A stretch of 64,000 nucleotides of DNA from Eledone cirrhosa (GCA_964016885.1 OZ024740.1:140058001-140122000), one strand, 5' to 3'. Counted from the first letter of the stretch, positions 42,215 to 57,703 are shown. A program made the numbers and translations. Notes: generated by a model not told the origin, from the sequence alone.

Positions 42215-42275
<61 letters not shown>

Positions 42276-42808
42276 TATCGTCAGTTACAACGATAATTCT
42301 ATTAACGTGCACGTGGCTGAACATTCCAGATGCACGTATAACTGTAACATAACTCATTTTTTGCCAGCTGAGTATACTGGAGCAACGTGAAATAAAGTAT
42401 CACGCTCAAGGACACAACACACCGCCTGGAATCGAACTCACGACTTTACGATCGTGGGCCTAAAACGTTACTGCTAGGTCATGCATCTTCACAATAGTAG
42501 CAGTAGTACGGGTTGACTACACAGACGACAAATTTAGGATCTGGACGGTCGACTTAGGTAAACTAGAGTCTATAATAAAAGATCCTTACCCAAGGTGTCG
42601 TGCAGTAAGACTGAACTCTAAACCATATGATTTCTCATCGAACTCCTTAACCACACAGCCATAATTGTCTATAAATATTTTAAACATTCCGTCTCAAACT
42701 TCTTAAACAAAAGGACCAGATAAAAGGATCTGTTAGACGGACGACGAACACATAGAGGAACCAGACAGACAGACTACAGTTATGTATATATATATATATA
42801 TATATATA

Positions 42809-42870
<62 letters not shown>

Positions 42871-43015
42871 CAAACATACTGTCACATTACTTATCCAGAA
42901 AGAATCACAACCCTATCGATTACAGTTAACTAAGTAAGCAGCATCAGAACATAGTGGAAATCACTTTGACTTTGAAATTACAAAAACCAGTAGTTATTGC
43001 TGTTATAGTTGTTAT

Positions 43016-43127
<112 letters not shown>

Positions 43128-43799
43128 ATACTTTCCGTAACTTAAAAGATTTTAACCCGTTACCTCTCTACATAGAATCTTCTCTTTCACCTTATCCTCT
43201 GTAACGGCTTAACAATTTGATAATGTCTGCGGGTCAGCTAAAGTTCAGCGCTTTGAACTTTTTATTTTATTATATTTATTTTATTTGTATACATTTTTGT
43301 CTTTTTATTTATCTGCTTATACTTTTTAATGTTTATATTTTTGCAAGTCGACCATGAAACGCGCGCGCACACACACTTACATATACACACAAACACACTG
43401 AACGATACACGCAAACATAAAACGTCATACGCAGATATACACAAATATACATACGAAGACGCACAAAACTAATACATAGACACGCACAAACATACACACA
43501 TTGATATGCACAAATGCACAGACGTGGACACACATACGCAAGCACATACATACACACGTATCTCTATCATAGGCACACATACATACACACCGACTCAGAT
43601 ACACAAGCATACATATACAGATACCAACACCCACATACAATTACACATACTCCCACACAAACTCGCACACGAACATACAAAGATATTCCACCCACTACAT
43701 AAGATGTCTGTTTATATAGTTATCATATATATCTGTGATGCCAGAAAAGTTATTGGGCGGGGCTGTGTTTGATAAGAGTGTTACATTGCTGACCGAAGA

Positions 43800-45440
43800 G
43801 CCGACGATGCGAAAGTTCGTATCTTGTCACCAGTATTGTGATTTATTAGTTAAATCTTACAGGTTACTAGAAACGGATGTAGTAGAATTTCCGGGACGCC
43901 TGATCTCTCGGCTGTTTTCGACAACTACTAGGGGTTCGCATCTGGTGGTCTGTCGGTGGCGGGAGGCGGAGTAGCAGTGTTGTTTTGGAAAGGTCTGAAT
44001 CACGAAGGAAATGTGATCCTTCTGAACCCGAAAGATAAGATGGTGCATTAAAAAAATATAAACTCGGATGCAGCGACTGAGGCAAGGTAACCAGATACCT
44101 TTAGGCACCTTGAGGTTTTCCTGGGAACGTGCTAGTTGGAGATTTCAACTCTATCTTTGATGCACTATGGGAGTATGTAGGGTTAGCCTATAGAAGGAGA
44201 TGCAACTGCCTTGCAACCCTATTAAGACATTTTCAACTGCCTGACATGTATCGACTGAATTTCCAGCATATGCGTGGTGGACATGGAGCAACCACAGTGG
44301 GTCATCCAGTTCGTTCCTAGACAGAGTGTTTGTTTGGTGAGTAGGGAAAGATAGAGTAAAATGTTCAAAATACAGACGGGTTGACTACACAGACGACAAA
44401 TTTAGGATCTGGACGGTCGACTTAGGTAAAAACCATAGACAAAGTTCTGGCTCCTGGAAACTGAACAGGTATTTTCTCGCATGTAAGGCTTACAAAAACC
44501 GAATTAGCAATCTAGTTAAGCAGCAGTTGACGAGGGTAATCGACAACCACCGGTGTTGGGACGCGTTGAAGGTTACTATTAGAGTAGAATCGATAAGGTT
44601 TAGTAAAGAATTAACAGTAGAGATTTATGGACTACAATTGGAAACATTTTAGCATAGAAGAAGTGATCAAGAAAGGCTGACGTGCTAGCAACAAAAATGG
44701 CCGCCGACCATTTTTCAACTCGAAAAACGAGTCAATGAAAGACGTACGATGGGTTCAGGTGGTGGTGGTACGATGTAGTAATAAAGCCATGATTCGGTCT
44801 TTGACGGGCTGAGATGGCTGCTTACTGCTCAGCCCCAACGGGGTGCGTGTAGCTTCTCAGTGACACTTTGCTGGACTGTTCGGTACGAACAACGGGTCGT
44901 CGAAAACGGTGGCTGACTTCAGCGCCTACTTCGGCGACCTGCCACAACTATCGACAGAGAAGGCAACGTGTCACGTGGTGACATTCCTGAAAAAAGACGC
45001 CAACGAGAGAGACATGCTTGACAATTTCCGGCCCATTACACAGATTTTGGCCATGTTATGGGCAAAGATGTTGGATATCTGGTGGGACAATCGCAAATGT
45101 GCGCGATCTCGAACAGGTCCATTCAAGACAACCTCCATCTTATGCGATACATCATAGAGAGGCTGTGTCAGAAACCCGACTTCGCTGGAGTGTGGATCAA
45201 TTTGGATCAATCGAAAGTATCCGATGGAGTCGACCATCGCAACTTAGCGGCTGTCCTCAAAGCGACCTAATTCGGTCCCGTTTTCTGGAGCTGGATCATT
45301 GCAATGCACTGTGGCATCCGCCTGGTAGTCAAAATATACGGCTACCTTTCGATGCCTTTCAACAATGAAACGCTCTGTTCGTTAGGGGTTCTTTCTTTCA
45401 CCGCTTCTGTACATACTGACTCTAGAACCACTATTGCATA
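43800..45440 (+). mobile_element. L1/Tx1-like LINE ORF2 remnant
   Basis: VLVGDFNSIFD, LDRVF, YTDDK, GSWKLN (APE end). DNFRPIT, SQMCAISNRSIQDNLHLMRYII, NLDQSKVSDGVDH (RT). Heavily degenerate. Confidence 0.75.
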
Positions 45441-45614
45441 TGTGTATAAATGACATATAAGATTAAGCGTATGCGTAACTTCAGAGAAATAGCTATTTAA
45501 ACGGATAAATATAAGGTTAGAAACCAGGTTCTTGTGATTGTAGCAACATGACTGATATAGGAAATCCAACTGTGTAAGCATGTTTATGTGCGTAAGTTTT
45601 AAAGAATTATAAAC

Positions 45615-45670
<56 letters not shown>

Positions 45671-45749
45671 GCGTGTGTGTGTGTGTATTGCACAAACACA
45701 CACGGCGTAATATCATGGTTGATTATTATATTATCGATGATAGGTAACA

Positions 45750-45943
45750 GGGCGGTGGATTGGCAGTATCGGTAGAGAGTCGGACACCATGCTTTGAAGC
45801 ATAGAGTTACGTCCCTTTACGATCTGAGTTCAAATCTTGCCGAGGTTAACTATGCCTTTCATCCTTACGGGGTCGATAAAATAAAGTACCAGTAATGTAC
45901 AGGGTAATTGCTGGCCTTGTTCCTAACGTAGAAACAGTTATTA
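45750..45943 (+). mobile_element. Young SINE, family 1, full length
   Basis: Matches the consensus from GGCGGTGGATTGGCAG to GTAGAAACAGTTATT. Confidence 0.85.
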
Positions 45944-46958
45944 TTGTTCTACTTTTATCCTCCTGTTCCTCTTTTTATTTAACTTTTCATCTTTGTCAGC
46001 TTTAACTTTCATCTTTCCTTTCATCCTCCGCCTTGATTTTTACTTTCCTTCTATTCTGTTATGCCTCGCCTCTTTGACCTTCCCCATCTCTCTCTGGCTT
46101 ACTCTCGTTTGTTATTTATGTATCATTGCTTCTCACTCATTATATAGTATTACAATACAATAATACATCATTACAATTTAAAAACCACCAATGGGTACTT
46201 ACTTTTAAACTTCCCTAAAAGAAGGACAATTTGTGTTTGCACTCACGGTTAGTTTGCTTTTGATTTGGTTTTTGTGTGTATGTTTTAAGAAATAAAAGCA
46301 CGAGATTTGGGGGCGTGATTGTGAAGTAAAACCACCCAAGATTTTTTTATTTCTTTTATAGATCCCAAAAGTATGAACTGCATAGTCAGCCAGTGGAAAA
46401 TGAAATTTACAGCTTACTATAGCTGGACTGCTACAAGTTTGTATTTCATATGAGTTTTTTTTTTGTGTGTGTTTTAAGGATAGAGGCCACAGTCATATAA
46501 TAAAAAGCGTCTTGCTCAAAAACACAACCTGTCACCCGATCCATAAATCGAGCTCATGACTTTATGATCGTTAGTCCAACACTTTAATCACTGAACCACA
46601 CGCCTTCAGAACACAAAGGGACTAAATACTTGCACCGTTTTTCTCTAGGATGCACCGTTTCGGAGCCTTTTGGGAGACATATACATATACACACTTACAT
46701 TCTCATTTATAAATTTATAATGTAGATATATAAACCTAAACGCAGAAAATATCTGTAACCACAGTCGATTGCTATAAACACCTCAGAAAATCAGATAAAA
46801 TGTCCCTATAGTCGGAAAAAGGGGTCACCTCCAGGGTATTTTACCCAATTTTCTAAGCTATATGAGTGTGTATGTATATGTATGCATGTATATGTATATA
46901 TGAATATATATAGTAATGATAAATGTGAAGACTAAAATCCGAAGAGGGCTCGATAAGG

Positions 46959-47012
<54 letters not shown>

Positions 47013-47053
47013 ATATATATAAATATAAAAACCCGCTCTCATAATAAATATAA

Positions 47054-47136
<83 letters not shown>

Positions 47137-47538
47137 CATTCGAGAACGAGAAAGATTGTAGTAAAAGTATGCTATTGTCCATTAATGCGGTCAATTCGTA
47201 ACAACGGCAGGCAGAATAAAGTGTCTTATTTTTATCAGGAAGGAAGGCGCTTTTGTTGCCATTGTTGTCGTCATAGACTTCTTATATTCATCGTCTTTAG
47301 CCTTAAGGCCCTACTTAAAACACTTAAGGGCTCCTGAAAGTACCATACACTATATAAACACATATAAAGAAGTAACGATTGGGGTGAGATGGAGATCGTT
47401 TTTCACACTCGTAACCCGAAGACTTTTACAAAATCTCTTATAATTATTAGCTGATTTATCACTTGGAGCGGAAACTGAAAGGCTTTTTAATATTATTTCT
47501 ATGCTCAACATATAATATTCAGTTCAAAATTTCCGGCC

Positions 47539-47611
<73 letters not shown>

Positions 47612-47809
47612 ACACACACACATATGCACACATACATACACGCATATACAGACATATATACATATATGTATATATGCATATATGTATATATACCACTACA
47701 ACAAGCTCAACTACGTCAACAATATATACATGTATGCATGTATGATAGTGCAGCTACAATTAAACCCTATCGTATAACTTCATTAGTATATTTTCAAGTC
47801 GATGGCGGT

Positions 47810-47920
47810 ATCCCACGTGTGGCATTAGTTGTTTGTCGGTTAGAAAATAACAGCAGCAGTCGCTGACTGGCTGGGGTTGGTGGAATGCATAATATAGCAG
47901 CATGACGTCACCAATACAGA
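47810..47920. promoter_or_regulatory. Possible cis-regulatory cluster (E-box, CRE, CCAAT)
   Basis: CACGTG at 47814-47819, and TGACGTCA at 47903-47910 immediately followed by CCAAT, in non-repetitive and relatively GC-rich sequence. Motif presence only. Confidence 0.15.
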
Positions 47921-48138
47921 GCATTCGACCAAAATTAAAGAAAAAAAAATTGGGATTTAATTATAATAATAAGGGTTTAGATCGATATCCAGTGATCTCG
48001 ATTTCGTTTACAGCAATCATTTAGAGCACACGCATTTGATGAATTGTAATACAACGTTCCCAGCCAGACGCCTAAGCTATGAAGACAGTGTAATTATTGT
48101 ATCGACAGATATGAAAACGTTAAAGTACTCACAATTTC

Positions 48139-48297
<159 letters not shown>

Positions 48298-48773
48298 CAG
48301 GAAAGTTACATACGGATAAACAAAATACGTGGGACGAACGAACAAAAACGCCTATCTTCCTCATCAGTCACCTCGTGAGTAATGCAATTTTGTGCATAAA
48401 GGTTATATTGTATAATACGGAGTCCATAATGTACGACAGTATGAACAAGCCATCGGGAAAATGTATATGAAATAATACAACAACATGGTGATAGAGGACA
48501 ACAAATGAGTGTCCTTCGACTAAGACAGCAATGCGAGCATGTAAATAATTACTGGAAACAGAATAGAATACGATGCGCAAATCGTAACACCGGAAGGGAG
48601 GAAATATATGTAGACTTTTGTCAAAAAGAGAAAAGACAGAGAGGAGTGTCGCGCTGGTAAGTAAACAGTTGCTTAATCGAGCATAGCAACACATACACAC
48701 AAACATACATACATACATACATGCATACATACATACATACATACATACATACATACATACATACATACATACA

Positions 48774-48806
<33 letters not shown>

Positions 48807-49154
48807 GTGTGTGTGTCTGTGTGCGTGTGTGTGTGTGTGTGTGTGTAATTTATGTATCATAGAGAACAATAAATTACTACGTGGTGGTGACGCCAGTTAT
48901 ATTTGCCAGAAGTCATTCACAAAACTTTCTTTAACCCCCCCTTTTTTTTATTATACTTCCTATTTTATTTTCATTATAGAGAAATTAGAGCTGTGTTTCC
49001 TTCGATGTTTCCTTCCTTTATATATATCTAGCTCTTTCACCTACTTATCACAAGGAAGGAGCTATATAAAGAAACACCTCCCAAACACAAAGCGTATAAG
49101 AACTAAAAGATAATTTGTAAAGAATCAACTATAATAATACACCATGTATACTTG

Positions 49155-49187
<33 letters not shown>

Positions 49188-49609
49188 TTATATATATTTA
49201 TATATATATATACAAGTCCACTTCATATATATATATGTGTGTGCGTGTGTGTGCATGAGTATGTGCATGTGTGTGTAACTTCTTAAAATGTTCACACATA
49301 TACACACAGTAAATATTTTATCTCAGGGCTTACTGCTACAATAAGAAGTTCGTTTTCTAATCACAAGATCCTGGGTTCTAACACTACATTTACCCCTACA
49401 AAGTTACTCGTACATTTAACCCTGCATGATATTTATACATATATGCTGAGAATTTATGTAGCTATATCCAAGAAGTTTGTTTGTATTTGCTAGTCATTGT
49501 TATTAGTCTAGATATATACACGTCACATAAATCACACACATCTACACCAACCATCCACACACATGTCAGGTAAGAATATACAATATATACACAAACACAC
49601 TTCTTCTTT

Positions 49610-50200
49610 TGTTGCAGATAACTAGATGGCGATCAGTTGACAGCTCAACCCTTCTTAACAAGAACATACAACACAGAATCGAAGAGATGAGACAATAACA
49701 GAATCAATTATTGACCTATGTCCCTGATTCCTGTCATACCATGTATATTTATGAATGTCTCTGAGCTGGAAGAAGGTGTTCATAATAGAGAGTCCATTGC
49801 CAGAACAGAAGTCTAGTAAGACCTCTCTATTCGTATTTAGATCGGGGTCGCCATTCCTTCCAATCACTCCTTTCTATGTCAGGTGGTCAGTGCCAACATG
49901 TGCATTGAAGTCTCCCATAGGGATATATGACTCAGTCTTAACTACATCTAATGCTGCAGTGACTTCATCAAGCAAGGACCTGTATTCGGACTCCTTGTTT
50001 GGTGCATAAACTTGCACAACCTACAGAGACCTATCTTTCAGCCTAAGATTCAATAGGCAAATCCTCCTTCCTAATGTTATTCAGTCTATAACACATTCTG
50101 ACAGCTGGGGGCTTGTGAGTATCCCCACTCCACTCCTGCCTTTGCAGTTATTTCATGCGTCACACCTGATTAGAGGTGTTTCCATCCTCCATCCATATCA
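49610..50200 (-). mobile_element. RTE-type LINE endonuclease fragment, same family as 8992-11209
   Basis: GRNGDPDLN...LLDFCSGNGLSIMNTFFQLRDIHKYTWY, closely matching 9000-9413. Confidence 0.88.
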
Positions 50201-50930
50201 GAGCGACGGAACTTTGTTGAAGAAACACATAATATACAGAAAAGTCACAAGCAGACATATAATATATTTGTAAGTATTCAAAATAAACGAAATAAAAATG
50301 AAGGCACGTGACCTGGTGGTTACTGTGTGGAGCCCATGATCGAAAGGTTCGATTCCTGGGTCAAACGGCGCAAGATGCTTCATTTCACGTTGGTTTTCAT
50401 GATAGGAGATAGGAACTCTATCATCAAAATATCCAAGAAACTCCCTATAGATGTGAGCTGTAAATCTAATTTAATTTATTTTATTTTATTTATTAAAAAA
50501 ATATTAAACACGGCTAATTCATCGAAGTATCTCTACACCTCAGTCGGCTGCATCCATTTTCTCGCAATACTAAGTAAAAGTGAGACGAATATGTACTTTA
50601 GTTTGGTTTTTGGTTTTTTTCGTTCAGTGAAGATTGTTATCATGGAAAACAAATTTTTTGCAACTATCAAAAAAAAAAAAAGAAAAGAGAATCTGTCTAT
50701 CTTAGGATCGCTTCCAGCACCTGCAAATGATATTTAAAACATTTTGTGTATGGAGACAAACTTATGTAGATGTTATCAAGGGAGAGCTCTTCAAATACCA
50801 TCCAAGTCAAAGGACAGATGTGGTGGTTCCACTCTAGAGTTTGGAAAGTAAGATAAAATGTGAAACTATGTATATGTGTGCGTATGTGAACACACACGCA
50901 CATACACACATACACACATACACACACGCA

Positions 50931-50975
<45 letters not shown>

Positions 50976-50994
50976 ATGTATACATATATGTGTA

Positions 50995-51046
<52 letters not shown>

Positions 51047-51073
51047 CATATATATATATATATACATATATAG

Positions 51074-51165
<92 letters not shown>

Positions 51166-51207
51166 AGATTCAGGACCCCGACGGCTGAGCTCAGGCCGTT
51201 TCGACAG

Positions 51208-51293
<86 letters not shown>

Positions 51294-51376
51294 AACAGCT
51301 TTTTATGTTAAAACAAGACTAGACCAGTTTGAGCTGTTTTATAAAGGATTCTTCATAATTCCTTATTAGTTCTTAA

Positions 51377-51496
<120 letters not shown>

Positions 51497-52001
51497 GTTC
51501 AAGGTTAAAAAGAAGACAAATACAGAGGTAAACATACAGACGGCATAAACATATCTCAAACTATCTCTACTCTTCAAATTCTAAATCCCAACTTATACTA
51601 CTTCCAGCACACTACGACACTACAATCCACCCATAAATTTTGTCGCTTCATTAAATATTCCAGTTGTGCAATACATCAACGAAATTCGTAAAAAAAAAAA
51701 AAAGGCACAGCTGAAGTAACAGAACATCGTGGTAGGTTCTTCAAGCTCCTGCTTTTGCCACTCAAAACACCACACGGTGTTCTATATTATTTTTCTTATT
51801 TTTTGTATTTATTTTACCATGCAAAGGTATGATTGCATTAATATGTGTGTATGTATGTATGTATGTATGTATGTATGTATGTATGTATGTATGTATGTAT
51901 GTATGTATGTATGTATGTATGTATGTATGTATGTATGTATGTATGTATGTGTGTGTGTGGGGGCGGTGGGTATGCGTGTGTGTGTGTCTGTGTGTGTATA
52001 T

Positions 52002-52273
52002 CGCTTCAGCTTTATTGTTATTACTTATTGGCTATTTCTTCAAAGCTTTCGTCACATATTCTGTGACCTTCTTAATGACTATTTGTTCTTCTCCGTGTCT
52101 CCTCTTCTTTCTGGTCTTATTTTGTTTACTCCTGGAGTAAATTCTGGAGTATACTAAATAAGACTAGAAAGAAGAGAAGGCACAGAGAACAAATAGTCAT
52201 TGAGGCGGTCACACACATTGTGACGAAATGTTTGAAGAAGTAACCAATAACTAATTATAATAAATCTGAAGTG
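52002..52273. repeat. Old palindrome, about 130 bp diverged arms with a short loop
   Basis: 52002-52135 vs 52144-52273. Both arms carry a GTCACA...TGTGAC-GAAA hammerhead-like remnant. Confidence 0.8.
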
Positions 52274-52412
52274 AAAGTTATCTGGTGCGTGTATTTATAG
52301 TGGCAAAATTGGCATCATGACCATCCTCATTTATAACATTTATATGTTTCGACACACGATTTCACATAAAAAATCTTGCAAAACAAATACATAAACATAT
52401 ATATATATATAT

Positions 52413-53025
52413 ATATTAATTCAAAATATTAACAAATATAGACATTCATGTGATCAAGTATATTTTATTATACATATTTCAGAGGTACTGAGCTATTTTC
52501 AACAGTACGTACTCATCAGATAAAATAAGTTGATTCTTGACATACCTTGACTATGTTGATGGTTAAAATTCAGTCATGGCAGTGAATTAGTTATGACAAA
52601 ACTCAATATTTATATACCTTAAGATTGAGACATGAAAAAATACATATAATACAGAGGGTGCGTGTGAGAAAGCTTATAAAGATACATAATAATAAATAAC
52701 TACTGGTATAATATAAGCCTACATAACTGTTAAAAATTTACATAATTTAAAAAAGTAATATATCTTATAGAAAAAGGAAGTGAAAGACGGAAAGAGGGAG
52801 AGATGAGGAAAGAGAGAATGACTTTATACTATAAAACTTATTTCTTTCTCCTCTTCTCTCTATCCTTAATCAATTTTTCTTTTGCTTTCGTGCATATGAT
52901 AATTCTATATTTCTAGTCATTCTCTCTTTCCTCATCTGTCTCTCCGTCTTTACCTCTGAAATATGTATAATAAAATATACTTGATCACATGAATGTCTAT
53001 ATTTGTTAATATTTTGAATTAATAT
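52413..53025. repeat. Perfect 75 bp inverted repeat with a nested inner inverted repeat
   Basis: 52413-52487 is the reverse complement of 52951-53025. Inner pair at about 52783-52822 and 52915-52951. Confidence 0.92.
52461..52527 (-). ncRNA. Minimal type-I hammerhead ribozyme motif
   Basis: Minus strand: TATTTTAT-CTGATGA-GTACGTACTG(TTGAAAATAGCT)CAGTACCTCT-GAAA-TATGTA-TA-ATAAAATA. Perfect 8 bp stem I, intact core, two mismatches at the base of stem II. Confidence 0.75.
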
Positions 53026-53172
53026 TAATAACTCCAGAAAACCATTCCTGTGGAGTGCTTCTAATCTATTGTGAAACTTTATTCATTGATCTATTCATTG
53101 AACCTTGTTTAACCTTTATTTATATATATATATATATATATATTTATAAATATATACACACACACACATATA

Positions 53173-53233
<61 letters not shown>

Positions 53234-53289
53234 TTATATTTTATTATATATTATATATAATATAAATTATATATTATATATATATAGTA

Positions 53290-53325
<36 letters not shown>

Positions 53326-53342
53326 CTATTATATTTTATTAT

Positions 53343-53451
53343 AATCCCGCCGAGGTTGTCTTTGCCTTTCATCCTTACGGGGTCGATAAAATAAAGTACC
53401 AGTAATGCACTGGGTAATTGCTGGCCTTGTGCCTAACGTAGAAACAATTAT
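53343..53451 (+). mobile_element. Family-1 SINE, 3' half
   Basis: AATCCCGCCGAGG...GTAGAAACAATTA. Another short 3' piece lies at 42027-42097(-). Confidence 0.85.
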
Positions 53452-54574
53452 ATTTTATTATGTGTGTGTATTTCTCTTCCTCTTTCTCTCTCTCACACAC
53501 ACACTCACTTTACATATATATATATATATATATACGTGTGTAAGCATGTGTGTGTTGGTATATACGCAAATACAATTATAAATAAGTGTTTTAAGCATAT
53601 ATGTTAATATATAAGAAATTACGTATAGCTCCTTCTTTTCGCTAATATAAAAATCATGTTATCAATATCATAATTATATTTTCCCACGTTTCTTTGAATA
53701 TGAATCGTTGTAGTAGCCAATATGCTAAATGTTTATATGTAATGGAATTTTAAAATCATTTCGGTCCCTCATTTCCTCCTACAATACAGCACAACTTCGC
53801 GAATAATACAGGCCTCCAATGTTACATAACGTAATTTTATACTTATGGTTTCTTAATAATTATTCCACTTGAAATTATGTGTCATAATTAATGCCATACA
53901 TAGAGACAGGTTGTTAATAAGTCCTTGAAATCTCCGATAAATGGTAAAATTATACAACAAATATGTGAGGCTAAGCTAAAATTGAAGGGCCCTACATATA
54001 ATCCTTTACATATTTGAATTAGAAATTTGACCCAATGCATAGAAAAAGCACAAGGCTATAGAGAAAGATGTTTGCTTCACAACCAATTGGTTCCGAGTTT
54101 GATCCCTTGGATAAGCCTCGAGTCAACCAAAGCCTCTAGTTGGCGCGAGCAATAACAAATAAAGTTATTGGGACAAGTAAAATAGAGTGAAACGAGCGAT
54201 ACATGTAAACAAATAACGATGGTATGGCAACGGAAAGATAGGAAGAGACGAGCACATGAAATCTGTAAGCTTAAGCTTGGTGAATTCATGGGCGAGAGAT
54301 ACAGACCATCCGACATGGGTGAGATGTGAGCGAGAAAAGGATTTCACACAGGTCAAACGGGAGAAAGTGAGAGAGGGGAGAAGCAGAGAAGTCAGTGGAA
54401 GTGGGAGGAAGAGACCAGAAGAGAGAGAGTGTGACTGGCAAAGGGGGTAAAAAGAGGAGAGAGAGTAAGAAAGAAACAGACAGTCGCAGCTGAGGAAAAA
54501 ATATAAATATGAGAAAAATGGAGCGCTGCGTGGTTGCACATGGGTTACATATGAATAAAATTAGTCCTTCATCA

Positions 54575-54621
<47 letters not shown>

Positions 54622-55260
54622 CCATACATCCCATGAACCCTGAACTCCTGATAAAACCATATGGACGCCGTCATGATATATTGATATATGTCACTTAAAC
54701 CTGGCGAAATCCATTCCTCTTCATATCTAGAGTAACAGGCTAAAAGAAAAATGGAAAGAAAACTTTATACGTGACAGCAAACATTATATGTTTTCCTATA
54801 TGCATAGTGCTATGCTTAGTGAAATGAATTAGATATATTTCCAGGTATAATGATGTCCAAAATGTTATGAAAACAAACTCCATAGCGCCATTTTACAAAG
54901 TATATCTACCTGGGGAAGATTGATAGATAACAAGTTCAAATAATTATATCAATACTATGATATAGGGGATCACTTCAGTTAGAAGTATCGTCATACATAT
55001 AGAATTTCAGTTGGTGTTCAGAATTATTTTTAATCGATAAGACAGTGAAAAGCCAGATCTGATGTAGAGAGGATATAGACAGAAAGTGGTGCTGAACGGA
55101 AAAGAGTAATTAGAAATGTTATATATTTGTCACATTATATTAATATCATGTGACCAAATTGTTTGTTTTATTTATTGCTTCATTACATATATATACTATT
55201 AGGAAATCGATGTGACACTATTTATTATTAAAAATATGAAATTTATTAGATTTTAAATTA

Positions 55261-56060
55261 TACGGGGTCTGTCGAAAAAGTATCCAACTTTTTCCCGTGA
55301 GAAGTAATGATGTTAAGAAGATAAAAGAGTGGAGCAAGATATATCTATGCACATGCTTTTTTTTATTTTACAAGCTCGTTGGATGTATCTATCGTTGTCA
55401 GATAGCCAGTGTTTGAGATGTTGTACTACTAATTCATCGCATTTTTATTTCGCCCGATACTGCTAACATAGATCCTGGGTTTCTGAATACCACGATAACT
55501 GGAAATGGAACGTGAGTGTATGGAAACCAAAGCTCAGTTATAAGAGTGGACGCACGCATCCAACGTTATCGAGGTCCAAAAGACGCACGTCAGGCACAGA
55601 GCAATATCAAAGTGATGCTGAATGTTTTCTTCGAATACCGAGGTGCTGTTCATCACGAGTAAGCACCAGAAGAACTAACAATTACAATAGAGTAATATCA
55701 AAAAGTCATCCGACGTCTTCGTGATGCAGCTCGACACAAGAGATCGGATTTGTGAGCCTCACAGCTGCATCATGACAACGCCTCGGCTCATTGGTCGCAA
55801 CCGATCTAAAGTTTCTTAGCAGATAAAGGCATTTCCCTACAATCCAAACATGGCTCATTTTGATTTCTGGTTGTTCACAAAAATGAAGTTACCACCGAAA
55901 GGCTCCCGTTTTGAGAGTTGAGAGGCCATCATGTGCGACGGTAGAGTTGCGAGCCATTCCGGAAGAAACATTCTAGACGTGTTTCGAACAGTGGAAGGAT
56001 CACTGGGCTATATGTAGAATAACGAGAGAACTACTTCGAAAAGCAGTAGCAATTGAACAC
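55261..56060 (+). mobile_element. Mariner (DD34D-type) transposon fossil
   Basis: Left end TACGGGGTCTGTCGAAAAAGTATCC. Transposase remnants DPGFLNTTITG..TWVYG, IKVMLNVFF, QLHHDNASAH, P.MAHFDFWLF.KMK, QWKDHW..C....YFE, with deletions and frameshifts. Confidence 0.8.
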
Positions 56061-56549
56061 CAACAAGTACGTAAGTCTAACTTCTGAAGGATTCGTAAAT
56101 GTGTCTCAATGAAAACTGAATACTCATTGTGGCATTGACCAACAGTAAGAGGCTGAGTAAACACACACTTGCTTTTTTCCTGAAAAAAGAAACCCTCTTC
56201 CTCTCTTTTTTCTTTCTATTTATTCATCTAACTCTCATTCTATCTTCCAATAAAAGAATAACGTCCGAAATGTTAAGACTCTTTACCTACTATAACAAGA
56301 GTTAAACTAGTATTACTACTGTATTGTTCTCCCGTGTTGGTTTTTCCTTATTGACTTTTCGCATACATACATACAAACATACATACATACACACATATTT
56401 ATATAAATGTGTATGTGTGTATGTATCGTTATATATATATTTGTATGCATATATGTGTGTGTATTTATGTATGTATAAGTATGTACGTGTAAAAAAAAAG
56501 AAAGATAGATAGATAAAAAGAGAGAAAGAAAGAAAAAAGAAAGAAAGAC

Positions 56550-56595
<46 letters not shown>

Positions 56596-57194
56596 GGCTG
56601 ATATCTTCGATTGAGAACTGATGGTTCTCCGTTAGTCTCAAAGAAGAGTATATTCAGTTGTACCATCAACTGAATTTATACGCGTAAAATTAAGATGTAT
56701 ATGGCTGAGGGTTCTACATACACGGTTACCTTTAATACAATTCTCAGGCCGAATCACCAGTTAAACGAGGCGGGATCTTTGAAATGTTTAATACAATTCT
56801 TAGAGAAACAAAGAGCGAAAGAAGAAAATAATCAACCTAATACTGAACTGGTACTTGATTTATCGACTCTGAAAAACTAAAAGTGAAAGTTTTCCTCGGT
56901 GGGATTTGAACTCCTAGCGAACAGATCTGGAAAAATTCCTGCACAGCAGACTATCTGACGATCTAACGACACTGCTAAATGATTGCTCGATATCTACAAA
57001 GTGAATATACCCTATTACATAGGTGGTATTTTATTTACATATCCTGAAAGGTTTAAGGGCAAAGTTGATCTCGTCAGAATTTGAAATCAGTTCGCAGAGA
57101 GCCGAAAGAAACAAACCAAAGTATTCCATCTGACGCTCTAACACTTCATCCAATTGACCACTCTAATGCGCACAATTATGAATGTAAGTGTAAG

Positions 57195-57254
<60 letters not shown>

Positions 57255-57703
57255 TATACCTATCTTCAAAAGATTTGATTACAATGAGACTCAGATGCGT
57301 GGGTGACTACTTAAATCAGTTTTCTGGGGAGGATGACGGTACTTATACTTCTAGTAAAACCTCATAGTCTAGTATGTGTGTATACACATGCACACACACA
57401 CACACAAACACATATATATATATATACATACATATACATATACACACAATTAAGTACCCCGTCCATTATCACACGCGCTTGTACATTAACCCCTAGATTC
57501 CTATGGCTCTCTTTTGTCAGAAAGATATTCTCTTACAACTAATACAGACCGACAAAATATGCACACTCCACTTTTCCCTCCACAGTTCTGTATACACACA
57601 TACACACCCTTATATTAACATACTTTTGCTCATTGTTTCGTACTTACATGCACACACACTCTTTTACTTACATACATTTCTTCTTAGCTTCTTACGGACG
57701 TAT

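Noticed and set aside
43793-43825. CCGAAGAGC...GCGAAAG motif
   Set aside because: Non-canonical core and weak stems, at the start of the L1/Tx1 remnant.
46655-46730. Helitron-like 5' terminus remnant
   Set aside because: No matching hairpin-CTAG end was found.
50745-50835. Short frame [18 protein letters not shown], vaguely regucalcin-like
   Set aside because: Too short, with no convincing splice sites or neighbouring exons.
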